A DNA stretch of 55,521 bases from assembly GCA_050012475.1 (NCBI GenBank), contig JBEKHC010000022.1:1-55521 (forward strand), given 5' to 3'. Positions within the stretch are counted from its first letter, which is position 1; each line of letters starts with the position of its first letter. Positions 11,201 through 20,151 of this stretch are shown one piece after another. The notes below the pieces were generated by a model. It was not told the DNA's origin, searched no databases, and worked only from the letters and a program-made list of their open reading frames with translations. The position numbers and the translations under genes are program-made. Origin of the DNA: Candidatus Velthaea sp. (lineage in GTDB: Bacteria > Vulcanimicrobiota > Vulcanimicrobiia > Vulcanimicrobiales > Vulcanimicrobiaceae).

Positions 11201-11683
11201 AGGTCGCATGACGACATTGCCGTTTTGTCGGTGGCCTTTCGCGAGCGATTGACGGATTGCGCCCGCGAGCAGGTCCGTCGCTGGGACTTCGATGCTGCCG
11301 ACGCCGACGCTGCACACCGAGTTGGGGACGACGTTTGGGCCGAACTCGAGCGCTTCCATTTCCGGCCCGAAGAACTCTTCGCGGCGCAGATGGTGTTCTC
11401 CGAGTTGGTCGGCAACGTCGTGCGACACGCGGGAACGAAAGTCGAAGTCTTGCTCGATTGCACCCAGAAGTCGCCGGTCTTGCACGTCCTCGATCGTGGC
11501 GTCGGTTTTTCGTTGAACACGAAGTTGCCGGTCGACGCCTACGAGGAGCGCGGTCGTGGTTTGTTCATCGTTAGCCGGCTCGTGCGGGACTTCAGTGTCG
11601 CGTTGCGCGGGCAAAGCCTGGGAAGCCATGCGCGCGCCGTCCTATTGGGACGGATCGGGACGGCCGGCGACTGCGATCGCTAA
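8210..11683 (+). CDS. Hybrid signalling protein: PAS/GAF-like sensor, histidine kinase, REC, SpoIIE (PP2C) phosphatase and anti-sigma-type HATPase
   Basis: HisKA FFANVSHEFRTPL; HATPase NLISNAFKF/GSGIGL; REC LVDDN..SDVMMP..KPF; PP2C VGGDFYD, IGDVAG, YTDG, HDDIAVL; C-terminal SELVGNVVRHA..ERGRGL. Confidence 0.9.
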   Translation: MRNAAGKVRRVRSERNAGPNRGTDFLQAGGDLGALIRAKDWSQTAVGAPETWSESLRTVVSLCLASNFPINIIWGAEHTQIYNDGYRDVCGEAHPRALGENYTVTWESAWPAIGEPFERARAGETSYLENQRMFLRRNGYLEETFFTFSLSPIRDESGGIGGLFHPVTETTPTMLAERRMRALRDLSTELARAEDESSFGVTAVEKLSHLEFDLPFLLYYSREAQSAAFRLVAHCGIDAGLGASPLQVDSDGERPWPLSPTLSNARILEVTGLASVLPAGSCGPYPEPPNRAFVIPIAVNGAVAVLVAGASSRLPLSEAYRTFYELLGATISSALATVRAREDDRRRVEALAEIDRAKTAFFANVSHEFRTPLTLMLGPLEGLLADPAALDHRAPLETVHRNGLRLLRLVNELLDFSRVEAGRAEANYEPAALAHVTAEIASNFQSACDLANVALLIDCPPLSEAVYVDADMWETIVLNLISNAFKFTVSGTIAVTVRSDGRDAILTVQDTGMGIPDAELCRVFERFHRVESTHGRSHEGSGIGLALVKELVGLHQGSVDVASVLGQGTVFTVRLPLGDAHLPKERVNSGRVRRSKMHGAEAFVQEALRWLPSANDDDEAQSATPQDVASLPAQERARIVLVDDNSDMRNYVRHLLAAKYEVETAVDGVQALEMIERRVPDLVVSDVMMPRLDGFGLIQAIRERPALSNVRVILLSARAGEEARVEGLNVGADDYLVKPFSSHELIARVATNVHVSRLRRRADAALNSSERARRIAHTFQTASLPAALPNIPGMSFSCLYEPSSHEANVGGDFYDAFRLLDGRIVASIGDVAGAGLAAAATMAAVRQSIRAVAAVNPDPQMLLKAADDVFADNGRPPFASAFVAVIDPLTFSIRYASAGHPPPLLRSPDGHISALEGQDLLLGVTPEVEHAAREVHQIVADPGSLLVLYTDGITENTRDVLDGERRVTGAVAALDDEERTSDAVARIVCERTLGPEGRSHDDIAVLSVAFRERLTDCAREQVRRWDFDAADADAAHRVGDDVWAELERFHFRPEELFAAQMVFSELVGNVVRHAGTKVEVLLDCTQKSPVLHVLDRGVGFSLNTKLPVDAYEERGRGLFIVSRLVRDFSVALRGQSLGSHARAVLLGRIGTAGDCDR

Positions 11684-12003
11684 GAAGATCACCGGCTTGA
11701 ATTCGCCGGCGCGCGCGAAAGGATCGCGGCCTTCGACGTAAGGAGGTTTGTCACGATGTCGCGGGCGCCAACCGACCATAGGGTCGTTACCCTGCCATTG
11801 CCGTGCTAAGCGTGAAGTTTGGCGTTTCCGCGAACGGCGCCCGGAGCGAATATCCGGCCGCTGGCCATCGCGAACCTTTCACTCTGGTATGACGCAAACG
11901 ACAGCTCGACCCTCACATAGCTGTCGGCAATAAACGTCCTTGCAATGGCGGACAAGGGCGGAGACGGCGCGATGCCTTGCATTTGCTGAGGTCGCCGGAT
12001 CTG

Positions 12004-13179
12004 CTATTTTCCCTCGTAAATCCCTGATGGAGTCTTCAGCTGCGTATTCGGCCCCGTCAACACCCGCAGCGGTGCCGCATTCCCCGAAGCATCAGGGGTG
12101 TAGACGTACATAGCATCTGTCGGGCAGCCGCTCTGCTTGTTGTGCACGATATAAATGTTCCTCAGATATCCCAAGGCCATGTATCCGCCGCAGGTATCCG
12201 AGGTGATAAGAGAAATCGGCGCGAGGTTAAAGGAGGCAGGACCATCTTCTGTCCCCGTGCCTGTTGTGTTCTCCGCAAAGCGGTAGATGCCGGCGCCCGA
12301 GCTGTAGAGATAAGTCTTCGTCGCCGGATCGTCTGCTACGCCGCCGCCGCTGAAGCCGTTTTTCATGCCGATCAGGCTGTAGATGGAACTCAGGGTGGTG
12401 TTGTTAGAGAACTGGCGGGGAAACGTCTCGACCCCTTGGAGAGAAAACGTGCAGCAAATACTCGGGTGCGCGGTGATGATGTTGTTGCCTGTTGAGTCCA
12501 GCGCAAGTTCTCCGCTCGGGTACCCCGGGATCGTGCCTCGAGCAAAGGGTGCCGCATTGCCATTCGCATTGGGTGCAAACCGTAGCAAGCTCTGCGGTGT
12601 ACCGCCGGCGCCGTTGTCATTGACAAAGATCTTGCCTGTTGCCTTGTCGACGATCATTCCCGAAGCGTAGCCGGAGAGTTCTGTTGCCGGGCCGTAGATC
12701 GTGCGGATGGGCGCCACATTTCCGCGAGCGCCGTGGGCAAAGACCAGTACCGAACTTTCCGGCGCCGGAAACAGCGAAAAACTGCCGGTGACGACGTACA
12801 AGTTACCCTGGGCATCTTCGGATAGCTGACTTGGACCGACAATCCCGGTCTTGGAGCCACCGATGCTGTACAGCGGTGCCGTGTCGCCCTGGGCGTCGTG
12901 ATGGTAGACCGTGATCGTGTTGTTGCCGGAGTTGCTTATGTAGACAAGGTCGTTGCTCGACGGCACCGAGACCGCTTGACGCGGATTGAGGGCATCTGAT
13001 TGCGTTTCCCGAATGGCCGCTGCAGCGACGCCGGCCGAAGCGCTCAGACCGCCTTGCGAAGCCGCGGTTTGCGGTATTGTTCCTCCGCCACCGGAACAAG
13101 CACATACTAAGGACGCCAAGCCCACGCCAAGAAAAGCGAATAGGGCCCGTGACGTGAGAGCTCCGTGTAAGCGCTTCAT
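12004..13179 (-). CDS. Putative lipoprotein with NHL-like beta-propeller repeats
   Basis: Signal peptide with lipobox-like LVCAC; recurring (Y/F)xxxAxGxxAP motif (four copies). Confidence 0.7.
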   Translation of the reverse strand: MKRLHGALTSRALFAFLGVGLASLVCACSGGGGTIPQTAASQGGLSASAGVAAAAIRETQSDALNPRQAVSVPSSNDLVYISNSGNNTITVYHHDAQGDTAPLYSIGGSKTGIVGPSQLSEDAQGNLYVVTGSFSLFPAPESSVLVFAHGARGNVAPIRTIYGPATELSGYASGMIVDKATGKIFVNDNGAGGTPQSLLRFAPNANGNAAPFARGTIPGYPSGELALDSTGNNIITAHPSICCTFSLQGVETFPRQFSNNTTLSSIYSLIGMKNGFSGGGVADDPATKTYLYSSGAGIYRFAENTTGTGTEDGPASFNLAPISLITSDTCGGYMALGYLRNIYIVHNKQSGCPTDAMYVYTPDASGNAAPLRVLTGPNTQLKTPSGIYEGK

Positions 13180-13352
13180 GGTAGACGATTGAGTTGCGAT
13201 AACAAAAAGCGCCTGCTGAAAGAAACGTATTAGTGCCGAAATTCCCTAGCGGATAAGCTTACGTCGCCGTGAATCCGAGGCGAAAGCCTGGCCTAGCGCA
13301 CCAGCGAAACAGCGTCTCCAAACCGCACCTCCGACACAAGCATCAGAAAATC

Positions 13353-13386
13353 GTCCGGAGCAGCCTCATGTCCGGAGCAGCCTCAT
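13353..13386. repeat. Perfect tandem duplication of the 17-mer GTCCGGAGCAGCCTCAT
   Basis: Copies at 13353-13369 and 13370-13386. Confidence 0.9.
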
Positions 13387-13688
13387 TATGAAGAGTCTGA
13401 AGCTCGTGCTCGCAGCAACGGCTTGATGTGCCCGCGTGCTCCGCGTCCTACTCTAGACGGGTTCGTGGCACCAAGAAATGAACGACGTCGCCGGACGACC
13501 GCCGCAGTCACGCAAACAGTTCCCCCGATGCACTCCCGGCCGCGGCACCGTCTCCGACGAGTGTTACTTGACGATGCGCACGTGATGCGGGAGCTCCGCG
13601 ACAAGGGTGGTTAGCGCGAAAATTCGAGTATTGATCGCCAGCTCATGCCGCCCCCGGAAAGTTCGGAAGAGCGACTCGGTATGCTTTG

Positions 13689-14099
13689 ATGGCATCATGG
13701 CGTGACGTGCGGCGGATAGCGTTGGCGCTGCCGGAAACGGGCGAGAAGAGCGCGAGCGGCGGAACCTTCGCTTGGATCGTGCGGGACAGAACCTTTGCGT
13801 GGGAACGGCCGCTCCGGCGAGCCGACCTTGCGGCGCTCGGAAAGGATGCTCCGACCGGGCCCGTCCTCGGCATTCGCACGGCCGATCTCGAGACGAAAGA
13901 CATGCTCCTCGCCGCCGATCCGGCCGTGTTCTTTACGACGCCGCACTTTAACGGATACGCGGCCGTCTTGGTTCGCCTCGACCGCATCACGTCCGCCGCG
14001 CTGCGCGATGTCCTCGTCGAAAGCTGGCTCGCGCGTGCACCCAAACGCGTCGCTGCCGACTTTCTCGCAGCGAAACTGCAGCGACCGCGGCGCATTTAA
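13689..14099 (+). CDS. MmcQ/YjbR-family protein
   Basis: MASWRDVRRIALALPET...FFTTPHFNGYAAVLVRLDRI...ESWLARAPKR. Confidence 0.85.
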   Translation: MASWRDVRRIALALPETGEKSASGGTFAWIVRDRTFAWERPLRRADLAALGKDAPTGPVLGIRTADLETKDMLLAADPAVFFTTPHFNGYAAVLVRLDRITSAALRDVLVESWLARAPKRVAADFLAAKLQRPRRI

Positions 14100-14411
14100 T
14101 CGATGCGGGCGCTGGTGATCGAAGGTCTTTGCGGCGCGGGTAAGCAGCATCGACCATTGTGGCGGATACCGCGGTGGCGCAGCAAGCGCCAAACGATTCG
14201 TATCCTAGCGTTAGTAAGCACCTTTGCCTCTAAGCGATCCTCAGGGCATGTGACATAATCGAAGCTCGAAGCCGCTTCGCGAGAGGTTCGGAAAACGAAG
14301 CTGCGGCTTCGCTCATCACGCCTCGATCTGAACGAATATCCTTCGCGATCTTATGCCACGAACTTCTGGTTCGGGACATTAGAAAATCAAGAGCCGATCC
14401 TCAAGGAACGC

Positions 14412-15644
14412 ATGAAGAAACTCGCTTTTCTACTCGCGTGCTGCGTTGCATGTAGCTTCGCCGGCCCGCTTGCGGTCGCCGCTGCTCCCGCCGGTGCGAC
14501 ATGGGTACCCGTTTCCGATGACGGCGGTACTCCGCTTTGCATCGATCAGACCAAGGACGAGATGTCGATCACGCTCCGGCAAATCATCCTCGAAAAGGGT
14601 TCCAAATATTTCGGCGTCATCAACGATAACAAGCTCACGCTGCCGATGACGATTCACGTCGAAGGGGCAAGCGGGTCCAATCCCTCAGCAAGTGCGGATT
14701 TCGCAAAAACCGCAAGCGAGGATATCGCGCAATACGCCACTGGAAAACTCTCGCTCCCAGATGAAGAAGATCTTCTTACCGCCTACCCACTTACGAACCC
14801 GAACGGAGATGCAAAGGGCAACGACCAAATACGCCGCATCGCCATGGAGGTTCGCATCATTCGGACGCAGGGCGCGAGCCAGGCTGCAACGATCCTGGCC
14901 GATTCAGCGAGCTCGCTCAAAAATGTGAATTTACCTGTCTTACCGTTCGGCCCAGCTTTCAGCGTTGCCTCAAGCCTCGTAACTGGTGTATTCAAAGACA
15001 TCGAAGATAAAGCAAGTGGTGACACGATTGCGATCGCTCAAAAGGTATTCAACATCGGCCTTTCTGAGAATGGCTGCAAGGGCGACGATGCCCAGACCGG
15101 TTCTTTCGCATTACTGCTCGCGGCTGGCGATCCGGCCAAAACCGGAGTAGCTAACGACCCGGTATACGTAGACGTCACGACGACGGGCACAAAGTGCTTC
15201 GCGAACGATTACAAAGAAAACGGCTATCAATTGCTGGTTGCCCCAAAGGCTTCAGGAACCTCGTGCGCAAGTGTGACTAGTGGCTACAAGCCGATCGAGA
15301 ATTCATATCTCCTGTTCATCGTAGATGCGCGCGAAAAGAGCACAGCAACGAGTCTCGTTCAACCGGCGGTCTCAGCTGATATTCGATCGCTCATGGCGGG
15401 GCTGCAAGAGAAGCCCAGCTCCTACGTGGATCAGCAAAGCACGCTCGCAATGACATTGTCAAAACGCGGCGTACCACCGCTCGTTGCCGGAGACTTTGCT
15501 CGAGCAACGAACTCCACGATCAATCCGCGGCGTGTCGCCTCCGCGTTCAAAACAACGCCTCGGTCTGTCCAACTCTATCGGCAGTCGCTTAAGCGGTGTG
15601 CAGAGTATCACCTGAGCGCTAAAACGTGTGCGGCGCGATTCTAG
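14412..15644 (+). CDS. Secreted hypothetical protein
   Basis: RBS AAGGAA, Sec-type signal MKKLAFLLACCVACSFAGPLAVAAA, 410-aa open frame in a visibly lower-GC stretch; no recognised family. Confidence 0.75.
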   Translation: MKKLAFLLACCVACSFAGPLAVAAAPAGATWVPVSDDGGTPLCIDQTKDEMSITLRQIILEKGSKYFGVINDNKLTLPMTIHVEGASGSNPSASADFAKTASEDIAQYATGKLSLPDEEDLLTAYPLTNPNGDAKGNDQIRRIAMEVRIIRTQGASQAATILADSASSLKNVNLPVLPFGPAFSVASSLVTGVFKDIEDKASGDTIAIAQKVFNIGLSENGCKGDDAQTGSFALLLAAGDPAKTGVANDPVYVDVTTTGTKCFANDYKENGYQLLVAPKASGTSCASVTSGYKPIENSYLLFIVDAREKSTATSLVQPAVSADIRSLMAGLQEKPSSYVDQQSTLAMTLSKRGVPPLVAGDFARATNSTINPRRVASAFKTTPRSVQLYRQSLKRCAEYHLSAKTCAARF

Positions 15645-15939
15645 CTGCGGAAACCAGCGAATGAGAAACAGCCGCCGCGGTCGAGGGCGGAAGTCTAGCC
15701 GCCACTCCTGCTTCGATCTCGCGGTGGGCCTGAAGCATTGTGAAATAATCGAAGTCACGAACGGCAGCCGACCCGTTGCCGGCAACTTCACCGGCCGATC
15801 GCACCCGCGCAGGTCAAGCGCGTTTCGTTCAGTAACTCGGGGCAGTGTTCGACATGACGAACAGCTCCTCGTCACCCCCGAGCCGCAGCTTTCGATTGGG
15901 CGCGCCGGCGGGCCAAGCCGGTGACCGCTTCGGCGGCGC

Positions 15940-17091
15940 TTGAAAAAAATGCCGGCTCGCGACCGACCGCGCGCGCCTGCCTCCGCCCAGGCGGTCCGGA
16001 ACGAAAGCGGCGGCGGGCGAGTACCTGCCGTCACGCGCGCGGCGGCCGTGCTCAATGCGGTGGCGGCTCGCGCCGAGGGCCTCTCGCTCTCCGATCTCGC
16101 GCGCATCGTCGATGCGCCGAAAAGCAGCTTGTTGAGCGTCTGTCTGGCGCTAAGCGACGAACGGCTCCTGCGGCGCAACGACGACGGTCGCTACCGGCTG
16201 GGAATACGGATCGCGGAGCTGGCGTCGGCCGAACTCTCACATCCTCCGCGCCTCACGCGCATCGCCGTCGCCGTTCAGACGCTGACGAATCCGTTTTTCG
16301 CAGCCGAAGTTCGGTCCATCGGCGGCATCTGCCGGGAACTCGAAATCGCAATGACGGTCAACGATGCCGGTCAAGATCTTCGACGGCAGCGCCGGCAGCT
16401 GCGCGAGCTGGCCGGCCTCGGCATCGATGCGCTCGTTCTCGACGCCGTCGACACCGACGGCGTCGCTGAAGCCGTCGCCGGCGTTCGGCGGAACGGCGTC
16501 CTCGTCGTCGCCGTCAATGCCGGGGCAACGGGAGCCGATGCGACGGTTACCACCGACAACACCCAAGCGGGCGAGCTGCTCGGGCGGCATCTCGCAAGCG
16601 TTCTGAGCGGTGCCGGCACGATCGCCATCGTGGGCGGAACGCGCATCACGGCCAACGCCGACCGCATCTCCGGCTTCCTGAGCGCCTTGCGCGCGTATCC
16701 CAAAATTCGGGTTGCCGCCCGGCTCGACGGAGACAACAGCACGTACAGCGGTGCGGCGCTCGCCGAGAAGATCTTGCTGGCGCATTCGCACCTCGACGCA
16801 TTCTTCGGCATCAACGACCCGACATCGCTGGGCATTGCGCAGACGCTGCGCAAACGTCGCCGCAAAGCGCTGGTGGTGAGCGCCGACGGCTCAGCCGAGG
16901 CCGTCCAGTTAATTAAAGCCGGTGGACCGATCGTTGCCACCGCGGCGCAAGATCCCGGCCTGCTCGGACGTATCGCACTCAACATGGCGCAGCGGCTCTT
17001 TGCCGGCGAGCGCCCGAACCACCGCACGCGCCTCCTCCCAACCGTCCTGATCACCCGGGACAATGCCGACGAATATGTCCCATGGGGATGA
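15940..17091 (+). CDS. Regulator with IclR-type HTH fused to an RbsB/LacI-type sugar-binding domain
   Basis: N-terminal VPAVTRAAAVL..LSLSDLARIVDAPKSSLL..GRYRLG; C-terminal IAVAVQTLTNPFF, VTTDNTQAG, FGINDPTSLG, ATAAQDP. Start codon uncertain. Confidence 0.8.
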   Translation: MKKMPARDRPRAPASAQAVRNESGGGRVPAVTRAAAVLNAVAARAEGLSLSDLARIVDAPKSSLLSVCLALSDERLLRRNDDGRYRLGIRIAELASAELSHPPRLTRIAVAVQTLTNPFFAAEVRSIGGICRELEIAMTVNDAGQDLRRQRRQLRELAGLGIDALVLDAVDTDGVAEAVAGVRRNGVLVVAVNAGATGADATVTTDNTQAGELLGRHLASVLSGAGTIAIVGGTRITANADRISGFLSALRAYPKIRVAARLDGDNSTYSGAALAEKILLAHSHLDAFFGINDPTSLGIAQTLRKRRRKALVVSADGSAEAVQLIKAGGPIVATAAQDPGLLGRIALNMAQRLFAGERPNHRTRLLPTVLITRDNADEYVPWG

Positions 17092-17093
17092 AC

Positions 17094-17879
17094 ATGCGCG
17101 ACGCACCGGATGACGCCTCGGCGCGTGCGCCCGCCGTCGTACGTGCGGCGCGCATGCTTGGTGAGCTCGCGCAATGCGGCGACGCCATGTCGGCGAGCGA
17201 CCTGGCCCGCGCCGTCGACATGCCGAAAAGCTCCGTCTCGGATCTTTGCTTGACGCTGATCGAAGAAGGCCTCCTCGCGCGAACGAGCGACGGCCGATAT
17301 CTGTTGGGCCGGCATCTCGTCGAGTTGGCGCGAACGCTCGTCGGCGGAACGCGCGTTCTCGAAGTCTTCGCGGACGCGTGCGACGCCGTCTCCGATGCGG
17401 ACGGCGAGAGCGTTACAATGTCGATCGCGGACGGCTCGGACGTCGTCATCGTGGCCGTCCGCCACGGTTCGATCGCGCTGCCGATGACGCCGAAAGTCGG
17501 GCTGCACTTGCCGATTTGGACGACCGCCGCGGGTCGCGCCCTCTTGAGCGCCGTATCGATCGATTCGCTGCGCGACATCCTTGGAATCGAAAGCGCGACA
17601 GCGGCCGGCGTTTCCGGCGCCCTTCCGTCGGCCGAACCCCTGTTTGCCGAGTTGCGCCGCGAATCGCGGCTCGGCGTTCACATCGACGAAGAACAGACGG
17701 CGCTCGGGATGACGAGCTTCAGCGCTCCGCTGCTGGACGGAGCCGAATCGCCGGCAGCCGCGGCGATCGCGATTTCGACGCGTTCGTCGCTCGCGTCGCC
17801 CAAGCGCCGCCGGACGCTTTCGTCGGCCACGCTACGCATCGCCGACGAGTGCGTTCGGAGGAGCCGTGCGAGCGACTGA
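17094..17879 (+). CDS. IclR-family transcriptional regulator
   Basis: APAVVRAARML, HTH MSASDLARAVDMPKSSV, effector domain VGLHLPIWTTAAGRALL and DEEQTALGMTSFSAP. Confidence 0.88.
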   Translation: MRDAPDDASARAPAVVRAARMLGELAQCGDAMSASDLARAVDMPKSSVSDLCLTLIEEGLLARTSDGRYLLGRHLVELARTLVGGTRVLEVFADACDAVSDADGESVTMSIADGSDVVIVAVRHGSIALPMTPKVGLHLPIWTTAAGRALLSAVSIDSLRDILGIESATAAGVSGALPSAEPLFAELRRESRLGVHIDEEQTALGMTSFSAPLLDGAESPAAAAIAISTRSSLASPKRRRTLSSATLRIADECVRRSRASD

Positions 17880-17909
17880 GCCCCGCGAAGCCGCCTTTCA
17901 CGGCTAGGC

Positions 17910-17974
17910 TTGACAGGCGGAACCGACAACCGTAGCATGTTCGCCATACCGGATGGCAGTTCGACATATAGAAC
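17910..17974 (+). promoter_or_regulatory. Sigma70-type promoter with two IclR-like operator boxes
   Basis: TTGACA (17910-17915), 17-bp spacer, TAGCAT (17933-17938); then GTTCGCCATACCGGAT (17939) and GTTCGACATATAGAAC (17959), 20 bp apart. Confidence 0.65.
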
Positions 17975-18204
17975 GATGTCGACCAACGCGCGGCTGCATG
18001 GGTCCGGTCGGTTGGAGGATGTGTGGCGCATTCATCCATTGTGAGAGCGGGCGGCGCATTGGGCGCCTATGGTGTTGCCGGCCATGCGGGCGTGCTCGCA
18101 GCGTTTGCAGCCACGAAGGACGATGTCGCGCGCGCTCACTTGCAATCACGTCAGGTCTGCTTCCCAAGCGCCGATGCAGCTGACGATCCAAAAGAAAGGC
18201 TCGT

Positions 18205-18516
18205 ATGACACCCCGCTGCACGCTTACCGCGACGCTTCATGCTCGGCCCGAGAAACGCGCAGAACTCGTCGCGCTCTTGGCCAGCTTCGTGGAGCCGTCA
18301 CGTTCGGAGCCCGGCTGTGTCGAGTACCACTTTCACGTCAGCGCCGATGATCCAAACGTCTTTTACTTCTACGAAAACTGGGTCACGCGCGCCGATTTGA
18401 ATCGCCATCTCGAGCTGCCGTATCAGAAGAGCTGGTTCGGGCGCCACGACGAGTTTCTCACCCGACCCGCCGAGCTGAAGTTCTACGACATGCTCAGCGA
18501 GTACGCCGCGAGTTAA
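18205..18516 (+). CDS. ABM-domain (putative quinol monooxygenase) protein
   Basis: RBS GAAAGG; SRSEPGCVEYHFH..FYFYENW..HL. Confidence 0.85.
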   Translation: MTPRCTLTATLHARPEKRAELVALLASFVEPSRSEPGCVEYHFHVSADDPNVFYFYENWVTRADLNRHLELPYQKSWFGRHDEFLTRPAELKFYDMLSEYAAS

Positions 18517-18529
18517 ACGGTCAGCGATC

Positions 18530-19558
18530 ATGGCGCTGCGCTGGGGGCTCGTCGGAGCAACGACGATTGGTCGCGAGTGGATGATCCCAGCGATCCGGGC
18601 TGCGGGCGGCGACATCGTTTCCGTCTTCAGCCGGGACGCCGAGCGCGGTCAGGACTACGCCGCGGAATTCGGCATCCCGAACGCGACGGCGGATTTATCG
18701 GCGCTGCTGCAGGACGTCGACGCCGTGTACGTCGCCACCACCAACGAACTGCACCGCGAGCAGGTGCTGGCCGCGGCGCGCGCGGGGCGGCACGTGCTGT
18801 GCGAGAAGCCGCTCGCGACACGGTACGAGGACGCCGCCGAAATGGTCGCGGCCTGCCGCGCGGCGCACGTCGTGCTCGGGACCAACCATCATCTGCGCAA
18901 TGCCGCGACGCACCGGGCGTTGGGCGATGTGCTCGCGGCCGGACGCATCGGTCGTCCGCTCGCCGCGCGCCTCGTGCATGCCGGCGCTTTGCCGGCGCAT
19001 CTCTACGGCTGGCGGCTGCACGATCGCGGCGCCGGCGCGGGCGTCATTTTCGACCTGACCGTGCACGACAGCGACCTGCTGCGTTTCGTTTTGGCGGACG
19101 AGCCCGTGCAAGTGATGACGATCGCGCAGAACGGCGGACTCGCGCAGCCGGGTATCGAGGACGCTGCCATGACGCTGCTCACGTTTCGCAGCGGACTGAT
19201 CGCACAGGTCTTCGAGAGCTTCACCACGCCGTTCGCGCGCACGAGTTTCGAGATTCACGGCTCGCACGGATCGGTCGTCGCGACCGACTGCATGCCGCAG
19301 CGCCCCGGCGGTGGGGTCGTGCTGCGCAATGCGGACGGTGAAACCACCTTGGAACTAGTGCACGAAGACTACTACACCCGCGGCGTGCGCGCGTTCGAGC
19401 AAGCCATCGCGGGGAAGGGCGAGCCGGTGGCAAGCGGCGAGGATGGACTCATTTCCTTGGCGGTCGCGCTCGCGGCTCGGGAATCAGCCGCGAGCGGCAA
19501 AGCCGAGCACATCCGGCACGCGGACGCGACCGCACCGGCCACCGAAGCAATCGGGTGA
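18530..19558 (+). CDS. afr: Gfo/Idh/MocA oxidoreductase, 1,5-anhydro-D-fructose reductase-like
   Basis: RWGLVGATTIGREW, TTNELHREQ, HVLCEKP, GTNHHLRNA, LPAHLYGWRL and DLTVHDSD, closely recalling Sinorhizobium Afr. Confidence 0.75.
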   Translation: MALRWGLVGATTIGREWMIPAIRAAGGDIVSVFSRDAERGQDYAAEFGIPNATADLSALLQDVDAVYVATTNELHREQVLAAARAGRHVLCEKPLATRYEDAAEMVAACRAAHVVLGTNHHLRNAATHRALGDVLAAGRIGRPLAARLVHAGALPAHLYGWRLHDRGAGAGVIFDLTVHDSDLLRFVLADEPVQVMTIAQNGGLAQPGIEDAAMTLLTFRSGLIAQVFESFTTPFARTSFEIHGSHGSVVATDCMPQRPGGGVVLRNADGETTLELVHEDYYTRGVRAFEQAIAGKGEPVASGEDGLISLAVALAARESAASGKAEHIRHADATAPATEAIG

Positions 19559-19564
19559 TCGAAC

Positions 19565-20110
19565 ATGACGAATGACCAGTTGGCGAGTTTGAACCGCTAT
19601 CGGAAGATATTCCAAATCGCGTTCGTGACCCGCGATCTCGAACGCACCATGAAGGCGTGGATCGAAACCTTGGGCGTCGGTCCGTGGCGGGTCGCCGCGT
19701 TCACCGAAGATACGGTGCGAGATTTTATCGTCCACGGTGCTCCCGTCGGCGAACCGTTCAAGTTTCTGATCGCGATCTCGTGGATGGGCGACATCGAACT
19801 CGAACTCATTCAGCCCGTGTACGGGCCCACCATTTACACCAAATTCCTCGACGAGAAAGGCGAAGGGCTGCACCACATCAAGGAGCGGATCGGCGACGAG
19901 GCGATCGACGGCGTGCTGGCCGATTACCGCTCGAAGGGAATCGGCGTCATGCAAAGCGGACGTTTCTTCGCCGACTTCCACCATTACCTCGACACCGAAA
20001 GCACGCTCGGCTTCATCTACGAACTCGGCAACTGCCCGTGGATCGACGTCCCGCCGGGCATCTTCTCCACGTATCCGGCCGAAAACACCGCCGCGGGCTC
20101 CCGTGCATAA
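19565..20110 (+). CDS. VOC-family protein (methylmalonyl-CoA epimerase-like)
   Basis: QIAFVTRDLE..LGVGPW, IELELIQP, FLDEKGEGLHHI. Confidence 0.85.
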   Translation: MTNDQLASLNRYRKIFQIAFVTRDLERTMKAWIETLGVGPWRVAAFTEDTVRDFIVHGAPVGEPFKFLIAISWMGDIELELIQPVYGPTIYTKFLDEKGEGLHHIKERIGDEAIDGVLADYRSKGIGVMQSGRFFADFHHYLDTESTLGFIYELGNCPWIDVPPGIFSTYPAENTAAGSRA

Positions 20111-20151
20111 ACGCGTGTCTGGGCCGCAGCGGGCGTAACCGAGCGATCAGG

